DNA of 64,000 bases, taken from NCBI GenBank assembly GCA_973895155.1, contig OZ316898.1:12923659-12987658 (forward strand), given 5' to 3'. Every line of letters starts with the position of its first letter. Within the stretch, counting starts at the first letter, position 1. The translations under genes were made by a program, and so were the position numbers. The stretch comes from Marsupella aquatica. Its lineage: Eukaryota > Plantae > Marchantiophyta. Shown one piece after another: positions 1 to 14,046 of the stretch. Under the pieces are notes generated by a model. It was not told where the DNA came from and made no database searches. It saw only the letters and a program-made list of their open reading frames with translations.

Positions 1-96
1 TCTGCAGACCACTGTAGCCACTGTTGCTAGTGTTGATCCTGTCCAGTGATTGTGTCTTGACACTCCTAAATTGGTCAATGTGTCAGGCCCTTTGTG

Positions 97-702
97 ATGG
101 CTCTTCTGAGCGCTCCTTACCCTCTAACTCGCGGCAGTGCTCTTGAGAAAGGCATACACTTCCATTTCGTCACTAATGGTATAGCCTGTGTTGAGTCGTC
201 TCACAAGAAAGGTCTGCCCAATTTAAGTGCATCGGTCCGGGTACCAAGTCAGGCAGGCTTTTGGGTTGGAGATAGACAAACCCATGTAGAAGTCCTATAC
301 AAGTTTAGAACGAAGAGAAGGCTCCAAGGTGATGCGGCTGCTCCAGGATTGAGCCCTAGGGCCCTGCAAGGAGGGGCAAGGGCTCCTCGACGTCTGGTTG
401 ATTTCGTAAGAGCCATTCCTAAAATATCTAGAGTGTACTTTAAAAGTCCTTTTCGGAGGGCTCTTTATGGGGGAATTTCTCTCTTGGGCGGCTTTTATGT
501 TGCACAAACGATTTCACTTTCTTTTGGGGCATTGGGAGTGAACGATGTTATTGCAGCTGCTCTGTGTGTGCTCTTTGCAGAGTATGTCACGAAATACTAT
601 CACACGCGCCCGCAGATGACATTTACCGTAGCCCTAATGAACAATTTTAAGATGGGATTCACATACGGTTTGTTTATTGATGCCTTCAAGCTTGCCAGTT
701 GA
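97..702 (+). CDS. Ycf20-like protein (DUF565 family), probably plastid-targeted, single coding exon
   Basis: ATG at 97 to TGA at 700-702. C-terminal half (SPFRRALYGGISLLGGFYVAQTISLSFGALGVNDVIAA...NNFKMGFTYGLFIDAFKLAS) matches the plant Ycf20-like family. The poorly conserved N-terminus is consistent with a transit peptide. Confidence 0.9.
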   Translation: MALLSAPYPLTRGSALEKGIHFHFVTNGIACVESSHKKGLPNLSASVRVPSQAGFWVGDRQTHVEVLYKFRTKRRLQGDAAAPGLSPRALQGGARAPRRLVDFVRAIPKISRVYFKSPFRRALYGGISLLGGFYVAQTISLSFGALGVNDVIAAALCVLFAEYVTKYYHTRPQMTFTVALMNNFKMGFTYGLFIDAFKLAS

Positions 703-3640
703 GCCATGCATCCTCTCGATAATTTTGAAAGGTTACTCAACGCTCATGGTTACGATTGTGTGAGGAAATTGGGTCATTCATTCTGTCCAGATTGATATTC
801 TAAGTTGAGTGTAGGTAATGGATATAAAATGTTTATATTCTGTGTCTTCGTTACAGACTTGATGGATGAGTTCAGCTTTAAGCTGCTACGTTGTGCTTGC
901 CATGCTTTCGGCTGAGTGACTAAATTTTGTGGCTCCGTGTATGATGATAGAGGTTCACAGTTTCTACGTTGCTAATTACGTGACAGGAATGTGAAGACCC
1001 ATAGCCGGCAGAGAAGTCATTGAAATTGCAGTTGGTTGATACCTTACTTCTAGAAAGCTCTCCTGTTGCTAACCTGATCTTGTGATCGAGCAATTCATCT
1101 GTTTTTCAATTTGCTGAAAATGATGTGAGGGCGGACTTGGGAGCTTGTTCAGATCAAAGAGGCTCGACAATATATTTTGGGGGATTTTGCCTGAATAAGG
1201 TTTACCAAGCAAGGTTTACCAAGCAATTTGTGACCAAAGCACAAAAGTGTTTTGCCATGTCCAGCGGATGAATTCCGACAACCAATAGAGAATTCGATCT
1301 TTCAGTTCAAGAGGGTGGTGCGGGGTTACAACTAAGTCACACTGTAAATTGTGGTCCAAAGAACTCGTATTCTTATTCACTTCAATGCACAGGCTCATTT
1401 TCCTGGGAACATACGATAGATATAAATAAAGAGGGAGAGGAATTTTTACCAAGTTCGAAAGGTAGCCGGACTAACTTTGGTCAGTGTTCGACAGTAGCCC
1501 TACCCTGGAGGCTCTCCCACTCACTTCTCATCTAGGACCCTCATCCCTTACAAACATTTGAAGTGCTTTAAGATGTGGGTTTTTATGAAAGGTGATTTAT
1601 GTGAGAACTACATTTTGAGCTCGAGTCACTCCAGTGACTGAAGGGTTTTTATGGAAGGTGATGTGTGAGAGTTACATTTTGAGCTCTAGATCACTCCTTT
1701 GGTAATCAAAGGAGCTGTAGAGTGTCCCCCACCCCAGGATGGAAGTGATGGACCTTGTCACCAAAACATACTTTACACAGGAAGTGGTGGACCTAGCCAC
1801 CCATTGGCAAAACATACTTTACACAGGCACAACCTTCCAGTTCCGGGCACAACCTTCCAGTTCTCAAGTCATGTCAATAAGATCTTGAACAAGGGTGACA
1901 ACCTTGTAAGGGATGTGAAAGGGACGAGGGAATGATCATATATTCTACTGTAGATAGTCCATGGATGCTCGAGTTCCAAATTCATTGTTGAAAAGGCAAT
2001 GAATTTCAAACTGTATCAAAAGATAGAAATTCAATTGCAAATAGATCAATTTAACAAACTCTTGTTCCACAAGTGCCACTGTTGCAAAGCTACTTAATTT
2101 TAAGTCTACATGATGGAGGTCACTGTCCTTCATAATATTACAAAGGCTGACCCCCATTTACTTGACAATTTTGAGTAGAACTCAACTGGGTAGATAGAAC
2201 TCTTTCATGAACTAAATTTGTCCTCTATATTTGGCTTCCAGTTTGGATTCCAACCTGATCACATGGATACTCAATTGATTTGTTTTTTAATTTGTTATGT
2301 TCATAATTTTCTAATTAGACGTCCTTCAATGAAATATTTTAACCCATTGTGATCAGCCAACATGGTGCTTATGTCTGGGCCCTCAGACCCGTCATCAATT
2401 GAAGGTCCCAAATGGCTACATGGTGCTTATGCCTGGGCCCTCAGAACCCGTCATCAATTGAAGGTCCCAAATGGCTACACCTCCGTAGCATTGTAAACTT
2501 ATGTTACACATGAACTAAACTTCTTTGGTGACTTCTTTTAGTAGTAACCAATTGGGTGATTAATGATGGATTGAAGACTAAATGAAGACTAAATGAAAGG
2601 AGCCTGTTAAACTAATTGGGTTTCCTCCTTGTTGGAGGACTTCTGGGGTCATTGGTAGTAGGATGTGAAGCATTCCCTTATAGATAAAGCTTTCATCCCA
2701 TGAAAGGTGTGAATTTATTACAAGATAGTATTTGTGTAATAAGTATATGGGATAAAGCTCAATTAAGGAGTAATCAACTCAGGAAGGAAGCTGGAAATGG
2801 AACTAGAAAATCTACCACATCCACGAATCATGTGCTATATCCAAATCTGTGGTCACAGCCGGAAAATTGACAGGACTTGAATAGTTGCCTAGGCTTGGAG
2901 GGGAAGCTTGTAAGCACATATGGCTGGGAGCACACCAAGTAAACTCCATGGCAGGAGTTACAAGAGGCCTCACTTGAGCATATCAAGAGACAAAAGCAAG
3001 CCGACATTTGAAGTGATACATGCATCGCTACCAGCGATTGGGGTAATCTATAATTGCAATGCAAGAATCAGAGAGTTCTAGCCACTCCTGCTTAGCCACT
3101 CCTGCTTAGGAATATAGCTCTAGAGACTAGAAACGCGTAGATTATGTCGATCAAAATAAATTCGAGCCTTCAGCAGATAAAGCAGAGTAATTGGAGTTCC
3201 ATCACCAGAGCCAAATCACTCAAGCTAGAACCATGCAGATTGAGATACAGGAGAAAATGTGAAGCCATTATCATAGATAGCTACAAATGAACCCGAATGC
3301 TTACCCTTTCAAGCTCTTCGGATATTGAGAAGGAAGCTCAAAGACCAGCATTCTTGAGCATGACCTTTACATATGGCTGATTCAGCCTGCGCAATCTCAA
3401 AACGTGATCAAAACTTCAATTCAATAGGTCTATAGATCTCCAGGTTGACCTCTGTATCAGAGTATATTCCTAATCGTTACATTTTAATTAAGAATAAAAA
3501 TAAGGAGCCATGAATTGCACAATGATTACGGCGCTTATTGGCTTGCCTTCATATCATATGCGTTTCGGACCCTGTAGATTCAAAATGTAATATCATTGGG
3601 AAGATGTTCGCGTCTCCTCAAGGGAGTCAGCAACAATTTT

Positions 3641-6600
3641 CTACACAGCCTCTACTAACGAGGGCTCATAATCTGCTGGAGCCTCGAAGCCTAACAGGTT
3701 CATTGTTGTGGCAGCAACATTCGCCAGGCCCCCCTCTGGTAAATCCTTGCGGAAATGTACATTTGATGGGAGCCCAGGGCCGCCAATAGCTATCGGTACC
3801 TGCAGTACAATGAAAAGACATTACTCACTTACTATTCAGGACATTATGGACTAATCCAATTTGCCATCTACACCCAGCAAAGCTTGCAGATTATTTCAAT
3901 CACTACAGAAAGTAATGAGATGAATTACAGATGGTCTCCCTGTTTACTAAACTCCAGAGCCCCAAACTTAGAAGGGCCTTACGTAAGAAGAAAGCAGCGT
4001 TGCATGCCCCAAGAACACCATTCCACGTTCGATTGAACAAGCACTGAAGTGGGAAAAGCCAATATACTTACAGGATGCACTGTGTGCGACGTAAGAATTT
4101 GAAGTTGTCCATTTTTGTCCTTGAGAGGGGCATGCGTCTTTGCATTACGCTTCACCATATCTTCGGCATTTCCATGATCAGCAGTGACAAGATAAATGCC
4201 ACCCACTTGTGCTACTGCATCAAGTATAATCTGCACCGACAATGTCAAGCAAGCGTTAGCACAACATGATGTCTGTAGCAGAGCTTCCACTCCTACAGCT
4301 AAAGAAAGCGATGAGGACTATTTTTTGTCAGATGCAATAAGATCAATGAGAGGCATTTTGCCACAGGATACAGGTCCTTAATGGACCTGTATAAGTTAGT
4401 TCCACACTTTCGCAACCTTGGATAATCTTTCAGCGTGAGCTCCTGGCTTCCCATTGATGTCCATTAACAAGAAATGTGATCAAGGCTCATGCTAGCAATG
4501 TAGCCACAACCATCGCACTAAAAGGGTGAACACTGTAAAACTCTCCAAAGCTGTTTACCTTCCTCAAGAATCCATGTTGGATCTAGGTTAGGGTTTACAC
4601 AGGACGAAGGTGGACTACACAGATACACGAAAGACTACATATTGTCAAAATGCGATAGAGACCTTGACAGCTTTGTCAGCTGCTGCGCAAGCAACAACAG
4701 TTGCCTCGAAGTCCCCAGTATGACCAACCATGTCACCATTGGGTAAATTCACTCGGATCTGCAAACCACAAAAACGTGTCACTGACAATCCTTTGACAAT
4801 CATGAAAATAAGAGAAGCCCACCAATCCACGGAGGTAAAAATTGTTCATGCAATTCTGGTTGTTGCAACAGAAGTTGTACTATCCTAATCAAGTATTTGA
4901 CAAAGGCTTGAAGCATGGAGGAAGCACCGTGTCAAACTTGCCGCTCAATAGAGCATCACGGGCCTTCTCTGCGATCTGAATAGCCTTCATTTCAGGGTGT
5001 ACATTGAAGGTAATCCCCTGATCACTGGGGATCTCCACATATTTCTCCAGGGTTTGACTGAATTGACCAGATCTATTTCCGTTCCAAAAGAATGTAACAT
5101 GTCCAAACTTCACAGTTTCACTGTTGCAAACATTCCAATAATCTCAGTGCGAGCTTATGCATTACCAATCAAGATTTCCACGAACATATTCCGAATTCAA
5201 CACCTTCAGAAATTTTCGAAGAAAAAGAGCGCCGATAGGAAATCCAGTAGAGAAGCGAGAAAAGACGAGTTCAACATTGCTCTTCACAGCAAGCTCAGTC
5301 TTGAAAATCCACCCACTTAGTCTCACCTGCAAGCGAATGTACTTATGCCGTTGTGCACCAAATATTCTCCAGATGTCCTGTCAATATCGGGTGGAGATAC
5401 CAGGAAATGGGCTGGAAGCTTGAGCTCACCATCATATTGCAGCATACCCGCATACTTAATTTTAGGGCACCGGACTCGGTCAAAGCTCTTAAAATCTTCA
5501 AATTCCAAGGCTTTGGCAAGCATGATCATACGATCCGCCCGGAAGTTGAATGTCACCACGGCATCTCCATCCACTACTGGCCCAACACTTTTACCTTCCT
5601 CATCCACAATCACGAAGGGGGGGTAATACTGGTCAGTGACCTTTGGATCTTTCTCCTTCAGTTTCGTCAAAGCTTCCGTAGCACTCGTAAATTTGTTAGG
5701 GGCTTCTCCCAGAACATGAGCGTCCCAGCCTCTCTTCACCACATTCCAATCATTCTGCGAGGAAACATTTCCACTGTCACTCCCAACCTGTGCTTTTAGC
5801 TGAAACTTAGCAGTGCTCTAGGGCTGAAAGTCTCAAAACCCCACAGGAGCTGCAAAACTTCACGGCACGGTACTCATGTTGAAAGTCAACAAATACGAAA
5901 AAAAATCACTGGTCGCAACTGGCAAGAGTTGGCTTGTACATCGTATCTGTCCATTGTGACCTCCATGCGTCCACCACCAGAAGCAATCCTTGCATCCACC
6001 CCTGTCTTGCGTACTTCTTCCAAAGTTGCTTCAAGATCGTTAACAAATCCAAAGCTTGACCCATTCAAAACATCCCGACCATCAGTAAGAATATGAACAC
6101 GGATCCTCTTGGCTCCATGTGCGGCAGATCCCTTCAACAAACCCTGGTACACCGCAAGCAACCATCGCAATGATTTGTCAAAGATAGAAAGGGTCACCGT
6201 CATTTAGAGAAGTCTAAGCAGCTACAACATGTGCAACTCTTGCGCATGAGCTTTCCTGCAACGAATTACTCCTCCATGCTCCTCAACTTGCACGAGAGTT
6301 CAGCAGACACATTGTTCCTCCGCATCTTGAAAGCTAATGACTCCCACATGTCGTAAATGACTTTCTATAATCCACCTAGGCCACTTTGAGAACCCAAATT
6401 AACCTGGCCAGTAATAATTTTTCATATTTTCTCTCCAAGTAGATTTCTTTCGCCCACCAACTGCTACACAAAAGCGTCCCGACAACACACTGAACGAGAA
6501 ATGGAAACTGGAAACGCACCTGTAGCTGATCAAGCCGAGAATGTACACCTCCGTCACTCAACAGCCCAATCAAGTGAAGGGTACCCTTCGCGAAGGACTC

Positions 6601-7443
6601 CTGAATGTATTTGAACCCCTCACCCTCAAACAGCTTTCCAGTTTCAAGCGCAGAATCCACCAACCCCGCCCTGCACCATTAACGCAATGCAAACTTACGT
6701 CATGAGAACAAAATTTATATACAACAAGAAAACCTGGTCGGAGAAAAAAAATCTATGCATCTGAAGGATAATTTCTCCTAACGGGTCGCCTACGCCAGCA
6801 GAGAAAATCAGCAAATTCGAAGAGGGAAGAACAGAGGGAAAAAGGAATGTTCTAGTCTCAGGCATTGTGAACCACTCTCCCCCTCTCTTTCAGGCCGTGA
6901 ATGACTATAAGAGTTGGCAAAGGAGATCAACAGGGAGAAATGGAACGCTTTGAAGGTAAACCCACCCTTGTTCGAAAATGCGTCCTGCACCAAGAGCATT
7001 GTGCCCCACTTCACTGTTACCCATGTCATCCTCCTTGGGAAGGCCCACCCAAGGTCCGTGTGCTTTCACTAATCGCCAAGTATCCGGTTTCCCCTAGACC
7101 AACACCAACAAACACATCTTCAATTTTAATCCAAACTGAAATCAAAAGAAACAATTCATTCTCCTCAAGCCACAGCCGCAAAATCCAGCTTCAAACTACA
7201 GATGTAGCTAAGAAGAAGTCAAAGCTAAGAAGTTGAGGGGAGGGGAGTGCAAAGGAAGTGAGGGTAGAGGAGGAGGGAAGACACCTTTTTCAGGGAATCC
7301 ATAGTAGGAGTCTCGGCAGTGTAGATGGCATTATACTCGTCGGGGATCTGCTCGCCCCACCCATCCAACACTATCACAGCCAACTTTTTGCCCTTGGCAA
7401 TCTTTGGGTGGGGTGCTAGGATGAAGTGGTCGTCGATTGCCAT
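3641..7443 (-). CDS. iPGAM: 2,3-bisphosphoglycerate-independent phosphoglycerate mutase (cytosolic iPGAM), 9 coding exons, 558 aa
   Basis: GT-AG exons read by eye: 7443-7285, 7093-6966, 6670-6520, 6143-5940, 5754-5327, 5120-4928, 4758-4663, 4230-4072, 3799-3641. Total 1677 nt, open. Motifs [77 protein letters not shown]. Probable 5'UTR intron 7932-7469. Confidence 0.97.
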
Positions 7444-8546
7444 GGCTATTCAGTAAATCAATCCAACCCTGCAACTCAAAACCAGTTCTTTCAGACTCTT
7501 CTGCTCCCGTCCGCTCTGCGTCTATCTCCTTTGCTGTCCGTGAAGCTTTTCATTCACTCTACTATCAAACGAAAAATCTAGATTCCATCACGTTTCTTTC
7601 CCGTAACTAATTCCCCGTCATACGGTCAGATTCCTGACCTCACAAGCCTCGCTACTTGACGGGACGCTCAACAAGTTGCACCCCAAATTCTTCACCTCGA
7701 ATCCAAACGAACATGACCCAAACCAAAGCCCAAGGACCTGCCTTTTGATGCTAGAACCAGCAAAACAAGAACCCAACAACAATTCTCACCCGCAAATATC
7801 CCGACGAGTTGATTTCTGGCCCTAAATCAAAACCATTCACCCAATAAACTCTTCCAAGAGTCTTATCGTCTCTCGCCCTCTTCTAAAACAGAGACTGAAT
7901 CACAAAACACAAGTGAGAACTGACCCGATTACCTTCCAATCCAAACGCCACTCCACTCCACTCCACTCCACAGCCGATCACCTTTCAATCCAAACTCCGA
8001 TCCACTCCACGGCACTTCACTGAATTGAATTGAACTGAAATAAAATGAAGTGAAGTGAAATGAATGCGCCAATACAAGTCAGCAAAAACTGGTTTCCGCA
8101 AAGCACCGACAGTCAGAGCTCTCCGTGGGAACAAGAGAGCCTTGTGCTGCAGTGCCTCTGGTTCGTTGAGCACGCACCGACAGTCAGAGCTCTCGCTGGA
8201 CCAAGAGACCTTTGTGCTGCAGTGCCTCTGGTCCTTTGAGCACGCTCTTTGGTGCTGCGGAGAGGCAGGCAGGCAGGCAGGGGCAGGCAGGGGCTGAGAT
8301 GCTCCTTTCTTTGGTTGAAATAGGAATCTGAAGATCCCCATATGAAAGGATATACTCTTTCTGGGCTTGAAAGGCCCTCTTGTCTCCATCTTCACACTAC
8401 TCTATACTCTGCTCTCGCATGCTCACGCATTAGGGGCTCTCAATTTGATGGACCTTAACTAAGTACTTAAGGTTGTGGGGTCTCAATTTGATGGACCTTA
8501 AGTAAGTGATTAAGGTTAGGGACAGGAAAAGCTATGGACTACCAAA

Positions 8547-8742
8547 TCATGATCCATAACTTTTTGTCATACAGCTTTTATGTACATAATTGCCACTAAA
8601 GATTTTACAATTGCCAATACTACTATATTCAAAAACCATGACATATTTGTAAAGACAACAAAAACACTGGCAATATTGTAAATTTAAACATCTTTAGTGG
8701 CAATGTGCTTGAAAACTGTTTTGCCATAAATATTGGTCATGG
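8547..8742. repeat. Imperfect foldback (inverted repeat) upstream of iPGAM
   Basis: Perfect 15-bp arms ATTGCCACTAAAGAT (8589-8603) and ATCTTTAGTGGCAAT (8690-8704), an inner TTACAATTGCCA/TGGCAATATTGTAA pair, and weaker outer complementarity. Confidence 0.6.
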
Positions 8743-10458
8743 CATAAGTCATTCTAGAGATGAGTGAAAAATCAAAAGTTATGCCCATTTGTTTATGACC
8801 AAAAGTCATCATCTTTAAGTATGAAGCTTTGAGATACCCTATTGAGCCAAGAGTTAAATGTTCTTTCTTATTCTTCTTAATTTAATGAGTTCAATGCCTG
8901 TCCCTTGCATGACATGGATGGGGAGGCAAGGTGCAGCATACAAGTTTGAAGCACAAAGGGCAAGGGCAAGGCATGAAAGGTGAGGCACAGACAGTAGGGC
9001 AAAAGGGTGGAGGCATTTTTTGCCAAGTGCACCATAACAAAAAAGCAGTTTGCAACCAATGGCCAAGATTTCTTCTGCCGAGATGGCAACTATACCAAAA
9101 ATGGGTGAGGTTGGATATAATAGTGTGTAGATGACATAAATAGTTTCTCTGTATTTCATTTTTTTCTACTTTAAAAACAATGTGAGCACTACAAACATAG
9201 TGTTTTATATGAGAATGTTCTTTTCTTTTCATATTCATTGTAGCCTAGTGCCATAAATAATATCTCTAGATTTCAGGTCTTTACTTTAAAACAATACAGA
9301 CTTACAAATCAGTGATTTACATAATGCTTAGAACATTCCTAGAATGTACATACTATATTTTTATAGGAACACCACCTATAATGTTGTCCTAGTCAACTTT
9401 TCAATCGTGTCTAAGGTACTCTATTCTACAGTGCTGTAATGTGGGTCATAGCGATCACACCTGTTCTACATCAAGAGGGCTGTACTGCCGTTCATTAGTT
9501 GTCACACCTGTCCTACATCAAGAGCTGTCTAACCCCACTTAAAGTGTCAAAATCCTCCAACAGATACAAGCCACATCAATCGGATAAGAAGCATGTACAA
9601 TTCACACCTGTACCTGAACTTGTCATTGCCTTGTGTTTGAAATGATGAAAACATGATATCTATTTAAAAAAGCAAAAGAGGTCCAAATCAAGACAAAAGC
9701 CAAACTCAAAAAAAGGTTGCAAAAGTAAACCCCAGAACCTTGGAAAGAGGAAAAAGGACGGAGACCGTTCTTTTTCCAAGGATGGAGACTGCCATGGCCT
9801 TGAGAAAACATGGTGTCACAACAAAAAAGCATGTTATTCAAATAAAAGTTCCTATGTAACAATCCCGCCCTGGCCTTGTGAAAACATGGCGTCCTGGCAA
9901 AAAAATGGTATCTATCAAGTAGAAAGACCATACGTAATAGAAAGCCTGGGCCTTGTGAGAACAGGGTGTCCTGATTGAAAGTGTATGTTCATGGAATAGA
10001 AGCCCCAGGCTTTGTGTTCAAAAGGTAGCGGGGCCTTTTCGTGAACAAAGTTTAGGGACAAGCCAGGCTTTGACTGAATTGGAAATCCCTGTCTCAAACA
10101 CAAGCCTAAAATGATGTTGTCAAATCTTAGTGCTAGAAACTCCATTAGAAGCCCAGGGCTTGGCACATTGTTTGAATACATACCCTGGGCCTTGTTTCAA
10201 GGGCACACACTAGCGAGTACAATCATATTCTTTTATTGGTCTTAAAAACCTTTTTGTCAGTAATTTACTTCTTTCATGCCAATTAGAGTAATGGGCAAGA
10301 AAATGATAGGGTCAAGGCAAAGTATGCAATTGTGTCATCTATGTTGTACACAAGGATTTTTAAATTATAGTTCTCAAACTGTGAGGGCTCGAGCACAACA
10401 ATATTTTCAGTTGCCCATCCGTTCATTTGCAAGGCAAATGGTGGCCAATAGGGGAAAA

Positions 10459-10856
10459 TGTTAGGTATTTACTCTTAAGCCTAGGGTTATAAATGTAACC
10501 ATAGTTAGGGCTAACAATAGTTAGGGCTAACCATAGTTGCAGACTAGGTTAGGTTAACTAGGTTGCACACTATATCTCAAACGCTATTTTCTTGGATAGA
10601 GGGAATTCAGGCTCAATGTTACGAAGCCAGTTGAGAGATAAAGAGATCTTGTATTGCAAAGACTTGGTTTGGTTGACGGGCCTAGAGTGTTGTAAAGGTC
10701 TTGTGTGTTCCCGTAAACATAAGCTCAACTGAGGTGAATCATGTATCTCTCTTTGTCCATTGCTTGTGCATTAGATGGTTCATGGACTTACCATTGTGAA
10801 TGTTGTCTTTGCTCAACATATCCTTGTATACTAGCGTGACTACAATACTTTGAACA
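10459..10856 (+). mobile_element. Probable degenerate LTR remnant (copia-like)
   Basis: Begins TGTTAGG right after a PPT-like purine run (ATAGGGGAAAA) and ends AACA. The start resembles the sense LTR of copia element 1 (TGTTAAGGATTGCTCTTA...CTAACCACAGTTAGGG). No partner LTR or TSD found. Confidence 0.4.
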
Positions 10857-13800
10857 TTAATCAAAATGAGGATGAAAATGTGTTGACCCTTGATGAGAGT
10901 ACCTGACTACTTTTTCAATTAATTGAAGAAGAGTTGGCAATTTCACCATAACCCTCGACCCTCAATGACATCAGCTGACCTCTTTATAGGCAGCCTCCCT
11001 AATCCATTGACTCTTCACATGCGGCCCCTTCTCCATTGATTGTGTTCACAAACAACCCTATCTTTAGTTGTGTTGCACTACTCCACCCTCATCTTGGTTT
11101 TTCATCCCCACCTCTATTGTAATTAAATTATCACCCTCTAAGTCCTTGAAAGTAAATAGAGATGAAGACAATGAAGATTGAATTTAAAAAGTTATATATT
11201 ATTTCTCATTCATTTTTGCCATATCCCTAATTTTTGTCCACTTTACTTTTTTGTTTTATCTTTATTGAGAGTTATGGTCTAGGGGTTTCATTGGATACCA
11301 TAGGCCCTTAAAAGTAATTTTGTGCCATTGTATTTGATTTGTAAGATTTGGTAATATGGTCATGCTATTTACGGACACCCATGCGAAGTTCCTTCCAAAA
11401 TTTTTGGATGCATGTGCATTCACATAAGCATGATTTGTCACAAACAAGAACAGTTAGTTATGCAAGAAGAACCAAATTTGATTATTTGTGTTTGAGACAA
11501 GGCAAAAAAAAAGAGTTAGACCTTATAAATGTAACAACAATGGAAAATTGAAAAGTAACATTTCAAGTAAACAACGAACATGGATAAAATAGGGGTGAAA
11601 GAATCAAAATAATCTTTGAATGAGTTGTGATTGATATATCAGTGTTTTATGGTAATATGTTTCATTTCTATTTAATTTACACAGTTTTTATATATTGACA
11701 AGTAAAAAGAAACTCTTCTCAACTACTCTAACATTTACCAAGGTAACATAAGAAAATCACATTTAATTTACATAGTTTTTATATATAGAAAAATAAAAAT
11801 AAACTCTTCAACTACTCTAACATTTACCAAGGTAACTTAACCCTTTGGCTACTATGGATAGAATAGTAACAAACAAAGGTTAGAAACACCATAATTATCA
11901 TAGGTAGAGACCTTTCAACTACTATGGACAATGTAATATATTTGTCACACCATTCTAGGTAGTGTTAGAGTGTATCGTACTATCTAGATCCATATGTTTG
12001 GTATGTGTGCTATATGAGCCGATAAGGTTCCGTCAGGTTTGTGTGAGAGGGTACTTCTCACTTGTGAGGTATTGAAAGGTCATCTTTCAATGTTGAGCCT
12101 TAGAGAGAGAGGAGCTTGAGTGTGGCTATGGTGGCTGTGAGCTCCGCTTGTGTAACGTGAATTCCTTGAGTAGTGCAAGGTGCGTTGGCTTGACATACGT
12201 GTGTGATCGGATCGGTGCGAGATTGATGGGGTATTGTTGACCGGGATCGTTGTGCCGATTGATTGTGAAGATTATTGTGGGTTTTGGACATGTGTGGACA
12301 TGAGTTCCACTTGTATTCCATTCTCTTGTGTTGTTGATATGGTAGTGTGACTATGTCTGGATGTATGTGACAAGCGATGTATGTTGTGTAACGATGTGTA
12401 TACGCACGACATATTGCATCGAATATTTTGAATTAATGTTACATGTATGTATAGACATGCAGGTACTAAGGGAAACATTTTGCATGAAAAATTAACCTTG
12501 GTAAGATATTACCATGAATGTACTCTTATTTATCATCAATGAAATTGTCCTAACTACCTTTAAAATACATTTCATTTAGAATCTTCCCTTTAATTTTTGT
12601 CCTATCTATTTCAATGTGCAACTCATCATGGCTCCAAATAGTTCAATAAACAAACTTACATAATCAATGGGTCCTCTAATTAATTGAGATTACCCTACCT
12701 GTCCCAAATAATTCAATAAACAAGCATACATAACCAAGAGGTACTCAAACTAATTTAGACTGCCCTACCTTGGGATGCATTCATGTCCTTATAGTTTTGA
12801 GACTATGGTCATACTATTCAGACCACCCTACCCTGGGATACATACAGGAGCCAGTTTTGGGTTCCACCATTTCTACTTGGCTTAGTTCAAGCAGAAATGT
12901 ACTGGCCCAAATTACGATTTCCCCAATGCCTAAACGTAGACATCCATAAAATTGTAGATGAATGACTAGCTATCATATGTTTTACTGAACAATCAATTAC
13001 TAACAAACTAATGTAATTGATTTCATCCATTCTTCCAAACAACCTGAATTGGTGGGTCTTGGGTCCAACAAGAATGGGGGATATAGTCTTCGCTTATGGC
13101 AAACAAGCGATATCCGAGTAGAGAAAATGACATGTCTCACAAGTCTCCCCTGACTTGTACTGTGATGTCAGTGGACCATCAGTTTCCTGGGAGGATTCGT
13201 AGGCGAGTGTTCCTATATCCGAGTAGAGAAAATGTGGAGAACTGTGGTGATGATCGTGGATGATGACGGCTGTTCTGCTACTGCTCGAAAGCACCAAAGC
13301 ACGCAGTTCAAGTGAACGAAATTTCAATGCCAACCGGTAGGGGAGAAAGGGTATGGCGAAAGGTCAGTCCTAGCCTAAGAGAAATTTGATAGTGATTACT
13401 AATCTGAATTTTGTAAACAAACATCCCTGTCAGATTGAGGCCACAGGCAGACATTGCATTCTGTGTTTGGTACTGTCAAAGATTGGTACAACACTGTTTG
13501 CTGTTAGACAGAACTCCTGGAATCCAGCAAAGAATCCTATTTTCGGTGTTTTGCTGAATCTGCTTTCTTAAATTCCATTCGTGATATTATCCTCGCAGAA
13601 AGTGTCCCAACATTCGGATTTCACTCGCCGCGGAGATATTGTAGTATTGGATTTGACTCCCACAAGTTTCCAGACGTGAGTGCCTACAGGGTTACTGCTC
13701 AACTTTCTAACTGCTTGCTCAGTCCGTCAGCCAGTAGGCTCTGTAAGAGATAATTGCCTCTGACGATTACACAACGTGACAATTGCCCTGCATGAAAAAT

Positions 13801-14046
13801 CAAAATTCTCAGGAGGATGCAGCTTAACACTCTCAAGAGGCAGTGCAAGACTGCAACAGTCATATGAGTACTGAACCGTGTCACCACAAAACTCCTCCCT
13901 CCTTCCGCCCTAACGATTACACTTGCATTGAACATGAAGTTGGAGTCAAAATAGGAAACTACTCCGAAACGTTGCCACCAACAGGACCATCGGTAGTAGT
14001 AAGATATAGGTAACACATACCGAGGCATACACACAGCAGCACGGAG

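Noticed and set aside
1700-2700. Coding-like decayed sequence and short tandem duplications between Ycf20 and iPGAM
   Set aside because: Probably an old TE relic, but I could not recognise any domain.
11943-12480. GT-rich segment starting TGTCAC, possible solo LTR
   Set aside because: No partner LTR, PBS, PPT or TSD could be established.
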